DNA of 61,339 bases from an uncultured Chloroflexota bacterium (GTDB lineage: Bacteria; Chloroflexota; Limnocylindria; Limnocylindrales; CSP1-4), in assembly GCA_903925955.1 (NCBI GenBank), contig CAIYHO010000287.1, positions 1-61,339 on the forward strand, read 5' to 3'. Under the pieces are notes generated by a model that saw only the letters and a list, made by a program, of their open reading frames with translations, was not told the DNA's origin and searched no databases. Shown piece by piece: positions 1 through 8,298 of this stretch. The position numbers and the translations under genes are program-made. Position 1 is the stretch's first letter. The number at the start of each line of letters is the position of its first letter.

Positions 1-909
1 CATGTCGCCCTCGTAGAACCCATCGGGGGTGAGCCGGTGGGCAGACCAGCGCGTGGGGCCGCCGTCCGCATAGGAGGACTCGTGGAGCGTTGCGTACATG
101 GGGTTGCGCTCCCAGCGCAGCGCCCCCTCAACGTCCGCGAGGAACGCGGCCGAGCCAAACGGCAGTTCCAGCACGTGGTGGAGGTACTCGAAGCCCGCGC
201 TGTCGCCCAGCCACATCCCCAACTGGCGGAACCGCCGGCTGGTGAGTCGATCGCCGTTGGGCAGGCGTACGTCCTCAGCGGCCAGACGCGTGTGGACGGC
301 CAGCGTTCGGGCGCGGTCATCGGGGTAGCGGTCGTAGTACCGCTGGTTCGCCTCGGCAACGCGCACCCAGGTGGCGCCGTACACATCGTCCGCCGGGCGG
401 TTGATCACAGGGGCCAGGCCACCGGTGATCAGCGCTGCGGTCAAGCCTTCGGGCGCAATCGAGAGGTAGGTCAGCGTGGTGAACCCGCCAAAGCTCTGGC
501 CAAGCGTGGTCCACGGCCCGGAGCCCAGTTGACCCCGGATGACCTCGCAGTCACGGACGATGGAGTCCGCGCGGAACAGGGTCAGGTAGGCGGCCTGCTC
601 AGCAGGGGTCTTGCCCGGGACCACGGGGCCAATGGGCGTGGAGCGCCCGGTGCCGCGCTGGTCCAGCAGCAGGATCCGGTACTCCTGCACAGCACGCGCC
701 ATCCAGCCGCTCAAGGGGCTTGTGGGTCGTGCGGCCTCAAAGCCGGGGCCGCCCTGGAGGAACACCAAGTACGGGCGGTCCGCGCCGTCTGGCGCCGCAA
801 CCTCCCGGGTGAACACGGTGATGGACCCGCGCGACGGATCTGCGTGGTCCAGCGGGACGGTGTGCTCGCGCTCGGTGAGGATGGCGCCGGCGATGGTGTA
901 ACTGCTCAT
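1..909 (-). CDS. Proline iminopeptidase / prolyl aminopeptidase (alpha/beta hydrolase, S33 family); C-terminal end runs off the window
   Basis: Absent from the ORF track because it is open to nt 1. My minus-strand translation from ATG at 909 reads MSSYTIAGAILTEREHTVPLDH..YLVFLQGGPGFE..LLLDQRGTGRST..GQSFGGFTTLTYL (GxSxG nucleophile elbow). The frame stays open for all 303 codons to position 1. Confidence 0.8.
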   Translation of the reverse strand, partial: MSSYTIAGAILTEREHTVPLDHADPSRGSITVFTREVAAPDGADRPYLVFLQGGPGFEAARPTSPLSGWMARAVQEYRILLLDQRGTGRSTPIGPVVPGKTPAEQAAYLTLFRADSIVRDCEVIRGQLGSGPWTTLGQSFGGFTTLTYLSIAPEGLTAALITGGLAPVINRPADDVYGATWVRVAEANQRYYDRYPDDRARTLAVHTRLAAEDVRLPNGDRLTSRRFRQLGMWLGDSAGFEYLHHVLELPFGSAAFLADVEGALRWERNPMYATLHESSYADGGPTRWSAHRLTPDGFYEGDM

Positions 910-980
910 CTGCGCACGATACCGCCGCGCATCACCGCCACGGATGGCGCATTCTGCAGCCCGCCCTCCAGATGTCCCTT

Positions 981-1192
981 CATCACCGCTCGTGATAATC
1001 GCCCGCTAGTTCCTGCTCGCGTCGCGTCTTCGGGCGCCGGCCGACCGCTCTCGCCACCGGAAGCCACCCTGAAAGAAGCGCCGTATTACGAGCGGTGATA
1101 ATCCGGGCCTTTCGGGCGTCCGCGGGCCCCGCTGCACCGCGGGCGGGCGGCGCGACCGCGCGAAGCGCTGGCGATTATCACGAGCGGTGATA
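981..1192. repeat. Three copies of a 17-bp palindrome (TATCAC-N5-GTGATA type); the outer copies form a 21/22-nt inverted repeat
   Basis: cATCACCGCTCGTGATA at 981-997, TATTACGAGCGGTGATA at 1084-1100, TATCACGAGCGGTGATA at 1176-1192. The sequence at 981-1002 is the reverse complement of 1171-1192 with one mismatch. Confidence 0.7.
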
Positions 1193-1257
1193 CGCCGGCA
1201 TGGGCGCGGCCAGGGGCGTCGGGCGCGGCCGATGCCCCGGCCAACGCATACGGCCAC

Positions 1258-2241
1258 CTACCAGCGCTGGTGCACCAACGGCTTGATGCGCGTGGCGTAG
1301 AGCTCGGCGATCCGCTCCATCGTGGCGGCCGGCAGCGGCGCCAGATCGGCGGCGGCGGCATTCAAACGAGCCTGCTCGGGCGACTTTGCGCCTGGGATCG
1401 TGGTGGTCACACCGTCATGCATGAGGATCCAGCGCAGCGCCATCTGCGCCATGGTCGCCCCCTGCGGCACCAGCTCGCGCAGCGCCTCGGCCACCTCAAG
1501 CCCCGTCTCGTAGTCCACGCCCGCAAACGTCTCGCCCACGTCAAAGGCCTCGCCGTGGCGGTTGTACTGCCGGTGGTCGTCAGCCCCAAACGCGGTGGCG
1601 CGCGTCAGCTTGCCGGTCAGCAGCCCGGAGGCCAGCGGCACACGGGCAAGCACGCCCACATCGTTGCGCAGCGCCTCGGCGAGGAACCGCTCCGCGGGAC
1701 GCTGGCGAAACGCGTTGAAGATGATCTGGACGGCGGCGACGCCCGGGTACGCAAGTGCCTTGAGCCCCTCCTCCACCTTCTCCACGCTTACGCCGTAGTT
1801 GGCGATGCGCCCCTCGGCCACCATGGCGTCAAGGTCCGCAAAGACCTCCGGCGTATAAAGCAGCTGCGTCGGCGGGCAGTGCAGCTGCACCAGGTCCAGC
1901 CGCTCAACGCCAAGGTTCTCGCGGCTGCGGTCATTCCAGGCGCGAAACGCGGCCGGGGTGAACTCGGCAGGGTCCTGGCGGACACGGCGGCCCATCTTGG
2001 TGGCCACAAAGAACGGCTCGCCGGCGCGCTCGCGCAGGAACTGGCCAACGATCCGCTCGCTGCGGCCGTCGCCGTAGACGTCTGCAGTGTCAATCAGATC
2101 CACGCCGGCATCGGCTGCCGCATGGAGCGCCCGGAGCGCCACCGCCTCGTCCACGCCGCCCCAGTCGCCGCCGATGGCCCACGCGCCAAAGCCGATGACG
2201 CTGACGGATCGACCGGTCTTGCCCAGCCTGCGGTGCTCCAT
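1258..2241 (-). CDS. Aldo/keto reductase family oxidoreductase
   Basis: 327-aa ORF. N-terminus MEHRRLGKTGRSVSVIGFGAWAIGG..DAGVDLIDTADVYGDGRSERIVGQFL is typical of the AKR family. Confidence 0.9.
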   Translation of the reverse strand: MEHRRLGKTGRSVSVIGFGAWAIGGDWGGVDEAVALRALHAAADAGVDLIDTADVYGDGRSERIVGQFLRERAGEPFFVATKMGRRVRQDPAEFTPAAFRAWNDRSRENLGVERLDLVQLHCPPTQLLYTPEVFADLDAMVAEGRIANYGVSVEKVEEGLKALAYPGVAAVQIIFNAFRQRPAERFLAEALRNDVGVLARVPLASGLLTGKLTRATAFGADDHRQYNRHGEAFDVGETFAGVDYETGLEVAEALRELVPQGATMAQMALRWILMHDGVTTTIPGAKSPEQARLNAAAADLAPLPAATMERIAELYATRIKPLVHQRW

Positions 2242-2402
2242 AAACCTGCTCCCGTGCCGCCGGCGGCCATGCCGCAGATCGTGATCCAGCGTAGCCCCGA
2301 TACCGAATGGGCCAACCGGCCCTATGCCGACGGACGCTGCAGGATGACCATGCCTCCTTTCCAGCCGCAGGCGTAACGCGGTATCAGGAGGACGAAACCC
2401 AA

Positions 2403-3527
2403 GTGGCCGATCTGTCCACGGTCTTCACGGGGATCCGGTTTGAGAACCCCTTCCTGCTGGCCTCGGCGCCGCCAACCGAGTCCGAGAGCAACATCCTGCG
2501 GGCCTTCGAGGCCGGCTGGGGCGGGGTGGTGACCAAGACCATCGGGCTCCATCCCGTGGTCAACGTGGCCGGGCCCAAGACCAAGTTTCTCCGCGCCGAC
2601 AATGGCGGCACACGCCTCTCCATGGCAAAGCGGCCCGACACCACCCTCATGGCGTCGTGGAACTGGGAGCTGATCAGCGACAAGCCTATGGACTGGTGGC
2701 TGCCGCAGATCGCCCGCATCAAGAAGGCGTTCCCAAGCCGCATCGTCGTGGCGTCAATCATGGCGGGCTCCGGCGACGACAAGGAGCTGCAGGCCTGGCA
2801 GACGCTTGCCCAAGGCGTGCAGGACGCCGGGGCCGATGCAATCGAGCTCAACTTCAGCTGTCCGCACATGGACCGCGTGGACATGGGCGCCAATGTTGGC
2901 AAGGACCCGGTCCTGTGCTCGGTGTCCACACAGGCCGTCAAGGCCGTCGCCAAGGTCCCGGTCTGGGTGAAGCTGACGCCCGCCACGGCCAACATCGTCG
3001 AGGAGGCCGAGGCCACGTTCCGCGGCGGCGCAGACGCCATCGTCTCGTCCAACACGTGGCCGGCCCTCCCGCCCATCGACCCCGACACGCTTGACTTTGA
3101 AGTCAACGTGGACGGCTACGTCAGCTCCGGCGGCATGGGCGGTCCGGCAATCCTGCCGCTGTCCCTTGCCAAGATGGCCCAGATGACGCAGGCCTTCCCG
3201 GACCGGCCGTTCAGCGGCATCGGCGGCATCAGCGACTGGGCGCAGGCGCTTGACTACTTCCTGCTTGGCTGCGGCACCACGCAAGTGGCAACGGCGGCCA
3301 TGCTGGACCACGCCATCGGCCCCAACGTCATCCGCAATCTCACGCAGGGCATGTCGGACTTCCTTGACCGCCACGCAGACCGCGGCTGGAAGACCCTGGA
3401 TGACTTCCGGGGGCTGCGGCGCGACCGCGTCGTGGCGCAGTCCGCGATCCGGCGACCCGACAATGCCGGGTATCACGGCGGCTACGACGACGCCGAGGGC
3501 TACGCGGCACCGGTGAACAACGCCTGA
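2403..3527 (+). CDS. Dihydropyrimidine/dihydroorotate dehydrogenase-family flavoprotein (PreA / DPD catalytic-domain-like), without an Fe-S tail
   Basis: ORF 2307..3527 trimmed to GTG 2403, 11 nt after AGGAGG at 2386-2391. Motifs: IRFENPFLLASAPP, ELNFSCPHM (active-site Cys loop of class 1 DHOD/DPD), GIGGI. No Cys-cluster ferredoxin domain at the C-terminus. Confidence 0.75.
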   Translation: MADLSTVFTGIRFENPFLLASAPPTESESNILRAFEAGWGGVVTKTIGLHPVVNVAGPKTKFLRADNGGTRLSMAKRPDTTLMASWNWELISDKPMDWWLPQIARIKKAFPSRIVVASIMAGSGDDKELQAWQTLAQGVQDAGADAIELNFSCPHMDRVDMGANVGKDPVLCSVSTQAVKAVAKVPVWVKLTPATANIVEEAEATFRGGADAIVSSNTWPALPPIDPDTLDFEVNVDGYVSSGGMGGPAILPLSLAKMAQMTQAFPDRPFSGIGGISDWAQALDYFLLGCGTTQVATAAMLDHAIGPNVIRNLTQGMSDFLDRHADRGWKTLDDFRGLRRDRVVAQSAIRRPDNAGYHGGYDDAEGYAAPVNNA

Positions 3528-3946
3528 GCCGACACGCCACGGCGCGTTGTCTGACGCCGGGACCCCTGCAGAACCGGCGAGACACGGGCACATCGGGCCG
3601 TGCAATATGGGCCATCACTCGCGACGCCCAGTCGTCGAGGTCAGCGATCGTGCCAAGGTGAACGTGCGCAACGTTTCGGCCGGCGCCATCCCATACAGGT
3701 CTGACTCAGTGTCGGACCGGGCGATCCGGTTGAACCGTGCCTGCCGCGCGCGTGTTCCCATCCCCAGCGCGATCTCCGGGCGACCTCGATGCCCATCCCC
3801 GCGGCGCGCCTCGTGCGCCGTCACCCGGTGCCACGCATGACGCCCAGTGTCATGCGCTTTGGAGGGAACCCGGGTATCGGAGGGCTGGAGCGTCCATCTG
3901 TCAAACGGCACGAGGCGCCGGCCATCACCCACTGGAGGGAGGCTCT

Positions 3947-5461
3947 ATGACAGCAGCGATGGAGCAAACCGTCCTGGCGGACGGGCGAGTCGAGTTGAAT
4001 GCCGGCGTCGACGCGTCGCTTGGCACCTCGTCGCTCCACAATGAGGATCTGGCGCCGGTTCCGGTCGCAAAGCGGACCTGGACCACCTACAACTACCTGG
4101 CCCTGTGGATCGGCATGGCCATCAACGTGCCGACGTGGCTGCTCGCCTCGGGCCTCATCGGTCTGGGCATGAGCTGGACGCAGGCGATCTTCACGATCTT
4201 CCTCGCCAACCTGATCGTCCTGGTCCCGATGCTGCTGATCAGCCATGCGGGCACCAAGTACGGCATTCCGTACCCGGTCTTCGCCCGAGCGTCCTTCGGC
4301 ACCCTCGGCGCCAACGTGCCGGCAATGATCCGCGCAGGCGTCGCCTGCGGCTGGTTTGGCATCCAGACCTGGATTGGCGGCGCGGCGCTGTTCGCCGTAG
4401 TCGGCGCTCTCCTGGGCAAGACCTCCTTCTGGATGACGGCCGGCGAGATGGCCGGCCACCCGTGGACCCTCTGGCTCAGCTTCGCAGTCTTCTGGGCCCT
4501 GAACATGGTCATCATCCTGTGGGGGATGGAGGCCATCAAGATCTTCGAGAACTGGGCGGCCCCGTTCTTGATCGTCGTGTTCCTTGGCCTCATGGTCATG
4601 CTGGTCATCCAGGCTGGCGGTCTTGGTCCGGTCGTCTCGACGCCCGGCACCAAGGAGGGCGAGTTCTGGGGCATGTTCCCGCTCTCGCTCATGGGCATGA
4701 TCGCCTTCTGGTCCACGCTCTCGCTCAACATGCCTGACTTCACCCGGTTTGGGCGGAGCCAGAAGGAGCAGGCCTACGGCCAGGCCCTGGGCCTGCCCAC
4801 CACGATGACCCTCTTCCCGCTCGTTGGCGTCATCACGACGTCGGCCACGGTCGTGGTCTTCCGCAAGGCCATCTGGGATCCGGTTGAGCTCACGGGCAAG
4901 TTGGACAACCCCATCCTGCTGCTCATCATGCTCGCCGCCCTCGCGCTCGCAACGCTGACCACCAACGTGGCCGCCAACGTCGTGAGCCCGTCCTACGACT
5001 TCTCAAACCTCTGGCCCAGCAAGATCACGTTCAAGATGGGCGGCATCATCACGGGTGTCCTTGGCATCCTCCTGCAGCCCTGGAACCTGCTCAGCGATCC
5101 CAACCAGTACATCTGGGTGTGGCTTGGCACGTACGGCGGCGCCACCGGCGCCATCGCGGGCGTCCTGATCGTGGACTACTGGTTCATCCGCAAGACCAAC
5201 CTCAAGCTGGCTGACCTGTACCGCAAGGACGGCGCCTACAAGTACGCGTCCGGCTTCAACTGGATCGCGATTGTCTCCCTGGTCGTGGGCATCTTCTTCG
5301 CCATCGGCGGCGCCCCCGTGCCGCCGATCCTGCCCAAGGGCTTGATCGACGTGGAACTGTTCCACCAGTTGGCGAACTACAGCTGGGTTGTCGGCCTGGT
5401 TGTCGCGGGCGCCCTGCACTACGTCCTGACCATGGCGCTCGGCAAGAAGAGCGTCGAGTAG
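3947..5461 (+). CDS. NCS1-family nucleobase/hydantoin/allantoin-type permease
   Basis: ORF 3737..5461 trimmed to ATG 3947, preceded by GGAGGGAGG. About 12 predicted TM segments. N-terminal LHNEDLAPVPVAKRTWTTYNYLALWIGMAINVPTW is characteristic of NCS1 transporters. Confidence 0.85.
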   Translation: MTAAMEQTVLADGRVELNAGVDASLGTSSLHNEDLAPVPVAKRTWTTYNYLALWIGMAINVPTWLLASGLIGLGMSWTQAIFTIFLANLIVLVPMLLISHAGTKYGIPYPVFARASFGTLGANVPAMIRAGVACGWFGIQTWIGGAALFAVVGALLGKTSFWMTAGEMAGHPWTLWLSFAVFWALNMVIILWGMEAIKIFENWAAPFLIVVFLGLMVMLVIQAGGLGPVVSTPGTKEGEFWGMFPLSLMGMIAFWSTLSLNMPDFTRFGRSQKEQAYGQALGLPTTMTLFPLVGVITTSATVVVFRKAIWDPVELTGKLDNPILLLIMLAALALATLTTNVAANVVSPSYDFSNLWPSKITFKMGGIITGVLGILLQPWNLLSDPNQYIWVWLGTYGGATGAIAGVLIVDYWFIRKTNLKLADLYRKDGAYKYASGFNWIAIVSLVVGIFFAIGGAPVPPILPKGLIDVELFHQLANYSWVVGLVVAGALHYVLTMALGKKSVE

Positions 5462-5522
5462 CCCCTGATCAGGCAACCGCCCGGCCGGGTCCCCCGGTTG
5501 GCACCCTGAACCTGGCGCGAGG

Positions 5523-5542
5523 CCCCTCCCTCACCGGAGGGG
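5523..5542. terminator. Short GC hairpin between convergent genes
   Basis: CCCCTCC (5523-5529), 6-nt loop, GGAGGGG (5536-5542). It lies between the NCS1 stop (5461) and the ArsB/NhaD stop (5563). No U-tract. Confidence 0.3.
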
Positions 5543-5562
5543 TCTCGTCATGTCCGAACCGG

Positions 5563-6834
5563 TCAGATCAGGTAGCGCACCCACAGATAGCCGGTGCAGA
5601 TGACCATCGAGGCCAGCACCACCACGGAGCCGTACTTCACAAACTCGGAGAACTTGATCGGCTCGCCGGCGCGCTCCGAGATGTTGGCCACCACAACGTT
5701 CGCCGACGCGCCCACGATGGTGAGGTTGCCGCCAAGACACGCGCCCAGCGACAACGCCCACCACATCGGCTCGGCCGGGATCCCGCTCAGGGCCAAGTGC
5801 TTCACGACGGGGATGGCCGTGGCCGTGTAGGGGATGTTGTCCACGATCGCGGACACGCCAGCCGAGATCCACAGGATCCCGATGGTGGCGACACCCGCAT
5901 TGCCGTTGGCAATCTTGCCCAGTTCCTCGGCAACGCCCTGAATGATCCCAACGTCAATCAGCGCCTCAACCAGAATGAACAGGCCCACGAAGAAGAAGAT
6001 CGTGGACCACTCAATCTCCTTGAGCGTCCGGTGCACGTTCAAGCCGCCAATCAGCATCAGGACGGCTGCGCCCAAAAGGGCAAGCGTGGCGGGCTCCACG
6101 TGGATAACCGAGTGCAGCAGAAAGCCAACGATTGTGAGGCCGGTCACGGCCAAGGCCCGGATCATCAGCGGGCGGTCCTTGATCGCCTTCTCCTCGGTCC
6201 GCTCCACGGCCAGGAGCCGCCGCTCATCGGGCACCCGGAGCTGGTGGCGGAACGAGAGCCACATGATCCCGGCAAACACGATGAAGACCAAGATGATGAC
6301 GGGCAACAGGTTCACGAGGAACGCGTCAAAGCCAAGCCCGGCGGCCGTGCCAATCAGGATGTTTGGCGGATCGCCGATGAGTGTGGCTGTGCCGCCGATA
6401 TTTGAGGCGAAGATCGACGAGATCAGGAAGGGCTTGGCCGAGAGGTCCAGCCGCCTGGCCACGGACAGCGTGACGGGCGTCATCAGCACCACGGTGGTGA
6501 CGTTGTCGATAAACGCGGAGACCACGGCCGTCACCACGGCCAGGATCAGCAGCAGGCGGATCGGGTGCCCATCCGAAAGGCGGACGGAGCGGATCGCCAG
6601 CCAGTCGAAGAAGCCCGTCTCCGCCAAGACCGCCGCCATGACCATCATCCCGACGAGCAGGAAGATGACGTTGAGGTCAACCGCGGCAAATGCCCGCTGC
6701 TGGCTCACGATGCCAAGCAGGACGGCCACGAGGCCGCCGATCATCGCGATCAGCGTCCGGTCCCACCGGTCCACCACGATCAGGCCGTAGACCACCACAA
6801 AGATTGCGGCGGTAACGAGGACATCCGTCGACAT
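5563..6834 (-). CDS. ArsB/NhaD-superfamily (SLC13/citrate-transporter-like) permease
   Basis: ORF 5563..6963 trimmed to ATG 6834 (MSTDVLVTAAIFVVVYGLIVVDRWDRTLIAMIGG..). Polytopic membrane protein with the typical ArsB/NhaD N-terminus and GGNLTIVGASANVV near the C-terminus. Confidence 0.8.
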   Translation of the reverse strand: MSTDVLVTAAIFVVVYGLIVVDRWDRTLIAMIGGLVAVLLGIVSQQRAFAAVDLNVIFLLVGMMVMAAVLAETGFFDWLAIRSVRLSDGHPIRLLLILAVVTAVVSAFIDNVTTVVLMTPVTLSVARRLDLSAKPFLISSIFASNIGGTATLIGDPPNILIGTAAGLGFDAFLVNLLPVIILVFIVFAGIMWLSFRHQLRVPDERRLLAVERTEEKAIKDRPLMIRALAVTGLTIVGFLLHSVIHVEPATLALLGAAVLMLIGGLNVHRTLKEIEWSTIFFFVGLFILVEALIDVGIIQGVAEELGKIANGNAGVATIGILWISAGVSAIVDNIPYTATAIPVVKHLALSGIPAEPMWWALSLGACLGGNLTIVGASANVVVANISERAGEPIKFSEFVKYGSVVVLASMVICTGYLWVRYLI

Positions 6835-6974
6835 GCGGCGCTCCACCTGGCAGTGCGGCGAATTGGGCAGGGGCTGGACGCCCGTCAGCATAACGGCCCG
6901 ACCAGTGCGGTTTCGCCCCGCGCCGGTGGCGTATCCTCCGGCTAGGAGCCCTTGCCGACACACGAGGAGACGCC

Positions 6975-7877
6975 GTGGCTGACAGCACCGCTGAACGGAT
7001 CCGCAGGCTGGCCAAGCCCATGCGCGTCGCGCCGGGCGAGAAGGTGAACCTCTCGTCCAAGCAGTGGGATCCGGGCGCCACCGCCGAGTTCCTCCAGAAG
7101 GGGGACGCCGACGAGGCGCTCGCCGAGGGCGTGGCGCTGATGGCCGAGTACCAGGCGCGCCTCGCGGCGCAGGACACCTGGAGCGTCCTGGTGATCCTCC
7201 AGGCGATGGACGCCGCCGGCAAGGACGGCACCATCAGCCACGTGATGAGCGGCGTCAACCCGCAGGGCGTGGAGGTGACGTCCTTCAAGGTGCCCTCAGC
7301 TCTGGAGCAGGACCACGACTACCTCTGGCGTGCGGCGCTGCGGCTCCCGGCCCGCGGGATGATCGGCATCTTCAACCGCTCCTACTACGAGGAGCTCCTG
7401 GTGGTCCGCGTCCACCCCGAGATCCTGGCAGGCGAGCGGATGCCCCCTGCGTCCAAGGGCCCTGACGTCTGGAAGCGCCGCTTCCGCGAGATCAACGACT
7501 GGGAGCGCTACCTCACGGACAACGGCACGAAGATCGTGAAGCTGTTCCTCCACGTGTCCAAGGACGAGCAGCGCAAGCGCTTTCTGGACCGAATTGAGGA
7601 GCCGGAGTCCAACTGGAAGTTCTCCGCGGCCGATGCGCGCGAGCGCAAGTACTGGGATGACTACCAGAACGCCTACGCGGACCTGCTGGAGAACACCTCG
7701 ACAGAGCGGGCGCCCTGGCACGTGATCCCCGCGGACCACAAGTGGTTTATGCGGGTGGCGGCGTCGTCGGTGATCCTGGATGCGCTGATGGACATCAACC
7801 CGCAGTACCCCGTTCCCTCGGCCGCGGCGAAGACCGAGATGGAGCAGGCGAAGGCGGAGCTGCTGGCCGGCGGCTGA
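6975..7877 (+). CDS. ppk2: Polyphosphate kinase 2 family (polyphosphate:nucleotide phosphotransferase)
   Basis: 300-aa ORF with a GTG start. Motifs: LVILQAMDAAGKDGTISHVMSGVNPQG (Walker A-like), DYLWRAALRLPARGMIGIFNRSYYE, WHVIPADHKW. Confidence 0.9.
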   Translation: MADSTAERIRRLAKPMRVAPGEKVNLSSKQWDPGATAEFLQKGDADEALAEGVALMAEYQARLAAQDTWSVLVILQAMDAAGKDGTISHVMSGVNPQGVEVTSFKVPSALEQDHDYLWRAALRLPARGMIGIFNRSYYEELLVVRVHPEILAGERMPPASKGPDVWKRRFREINDWERYLTDNGTKIVKLFLHVSKDEQRKRFLDRIEEPESNWKFSAADARERKYWDDYQNAYADLLENTSTERAPWHVIPADHKWFMRVAASSVILDALMDINPQYPVPSAAAKTEMEQAKAELLAGG

Positions 7878-7912
7878 TCGGCGGCGGGTGGGGTTGATGG
7901 CCGCCCAGCGGC

Positions 7913-8250
7913 GCGGCTCACCCGGTGAGTCATCGCGCGCAGTCGGGCATCGGCTGACCCACGGCGTGAGCAGTTGGCGCTGGAGACGGGCGTAGCGGCC
8001 GCGTCGAGATCCGCTTGGCTCACCGGGTGCCCAGAACGTGCTGGTGTGCGCGCGATGACCCACGCGGTGAGTCGCGGCTGGGGATCCTCGCACCTGCCCC
8101 GGCGCAAAGGACCTGCGCCGGTCAGTGATCGCTGTTGACCCAGCCCAGGGTCAAGGGGCCGGGTGGCGTGCACGGTTCATACGCCGGATCCGTGTTTCGG
8201 CGGCCGGACCGTGCAGCAGGCATGCGTTTCTGACCCAGAGCTGGGTCAGG
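7913..8250. repeat. Cluster of related short repeats and hairpins (TGACCCA family) in a convergent intergenic region
   Basis: TGACCCA occurs at 7956, 8057, 8137 and 8232 (spacings 101, 80, 95 bp). Hairpins: TTGACCC-AGCCCA-GGGTCAA (8136-8155) and CTGACCCA-GAGC-TGGGTCAG (8231-8250). A 12-nt perfect inverted repeat, TCATCGCGCGCA (7931-7942) / TGCGCGCGATGA (8048-8059), is flanked by CTCACC (7918-7923) / GGTGAG (8067-8072). Confidence 0.6.
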
Positions 8251-8298
8251 GCCGGGGAAGGGCGGACGCCCCCCAGCGGCTACCGGCACTGCCAGCGA

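Noticed and set aside
981-1192. A lambda-like prophage immunity region, because the half-site TATCACCG equals the lambda operator consensus.
   Set aside because: There are no repressor, cro, integrase or other phage genes nearby. The site spacing (about 100 bp) is unlike OR/OL. I kept it only as a generic operator or MITE hypothesis.
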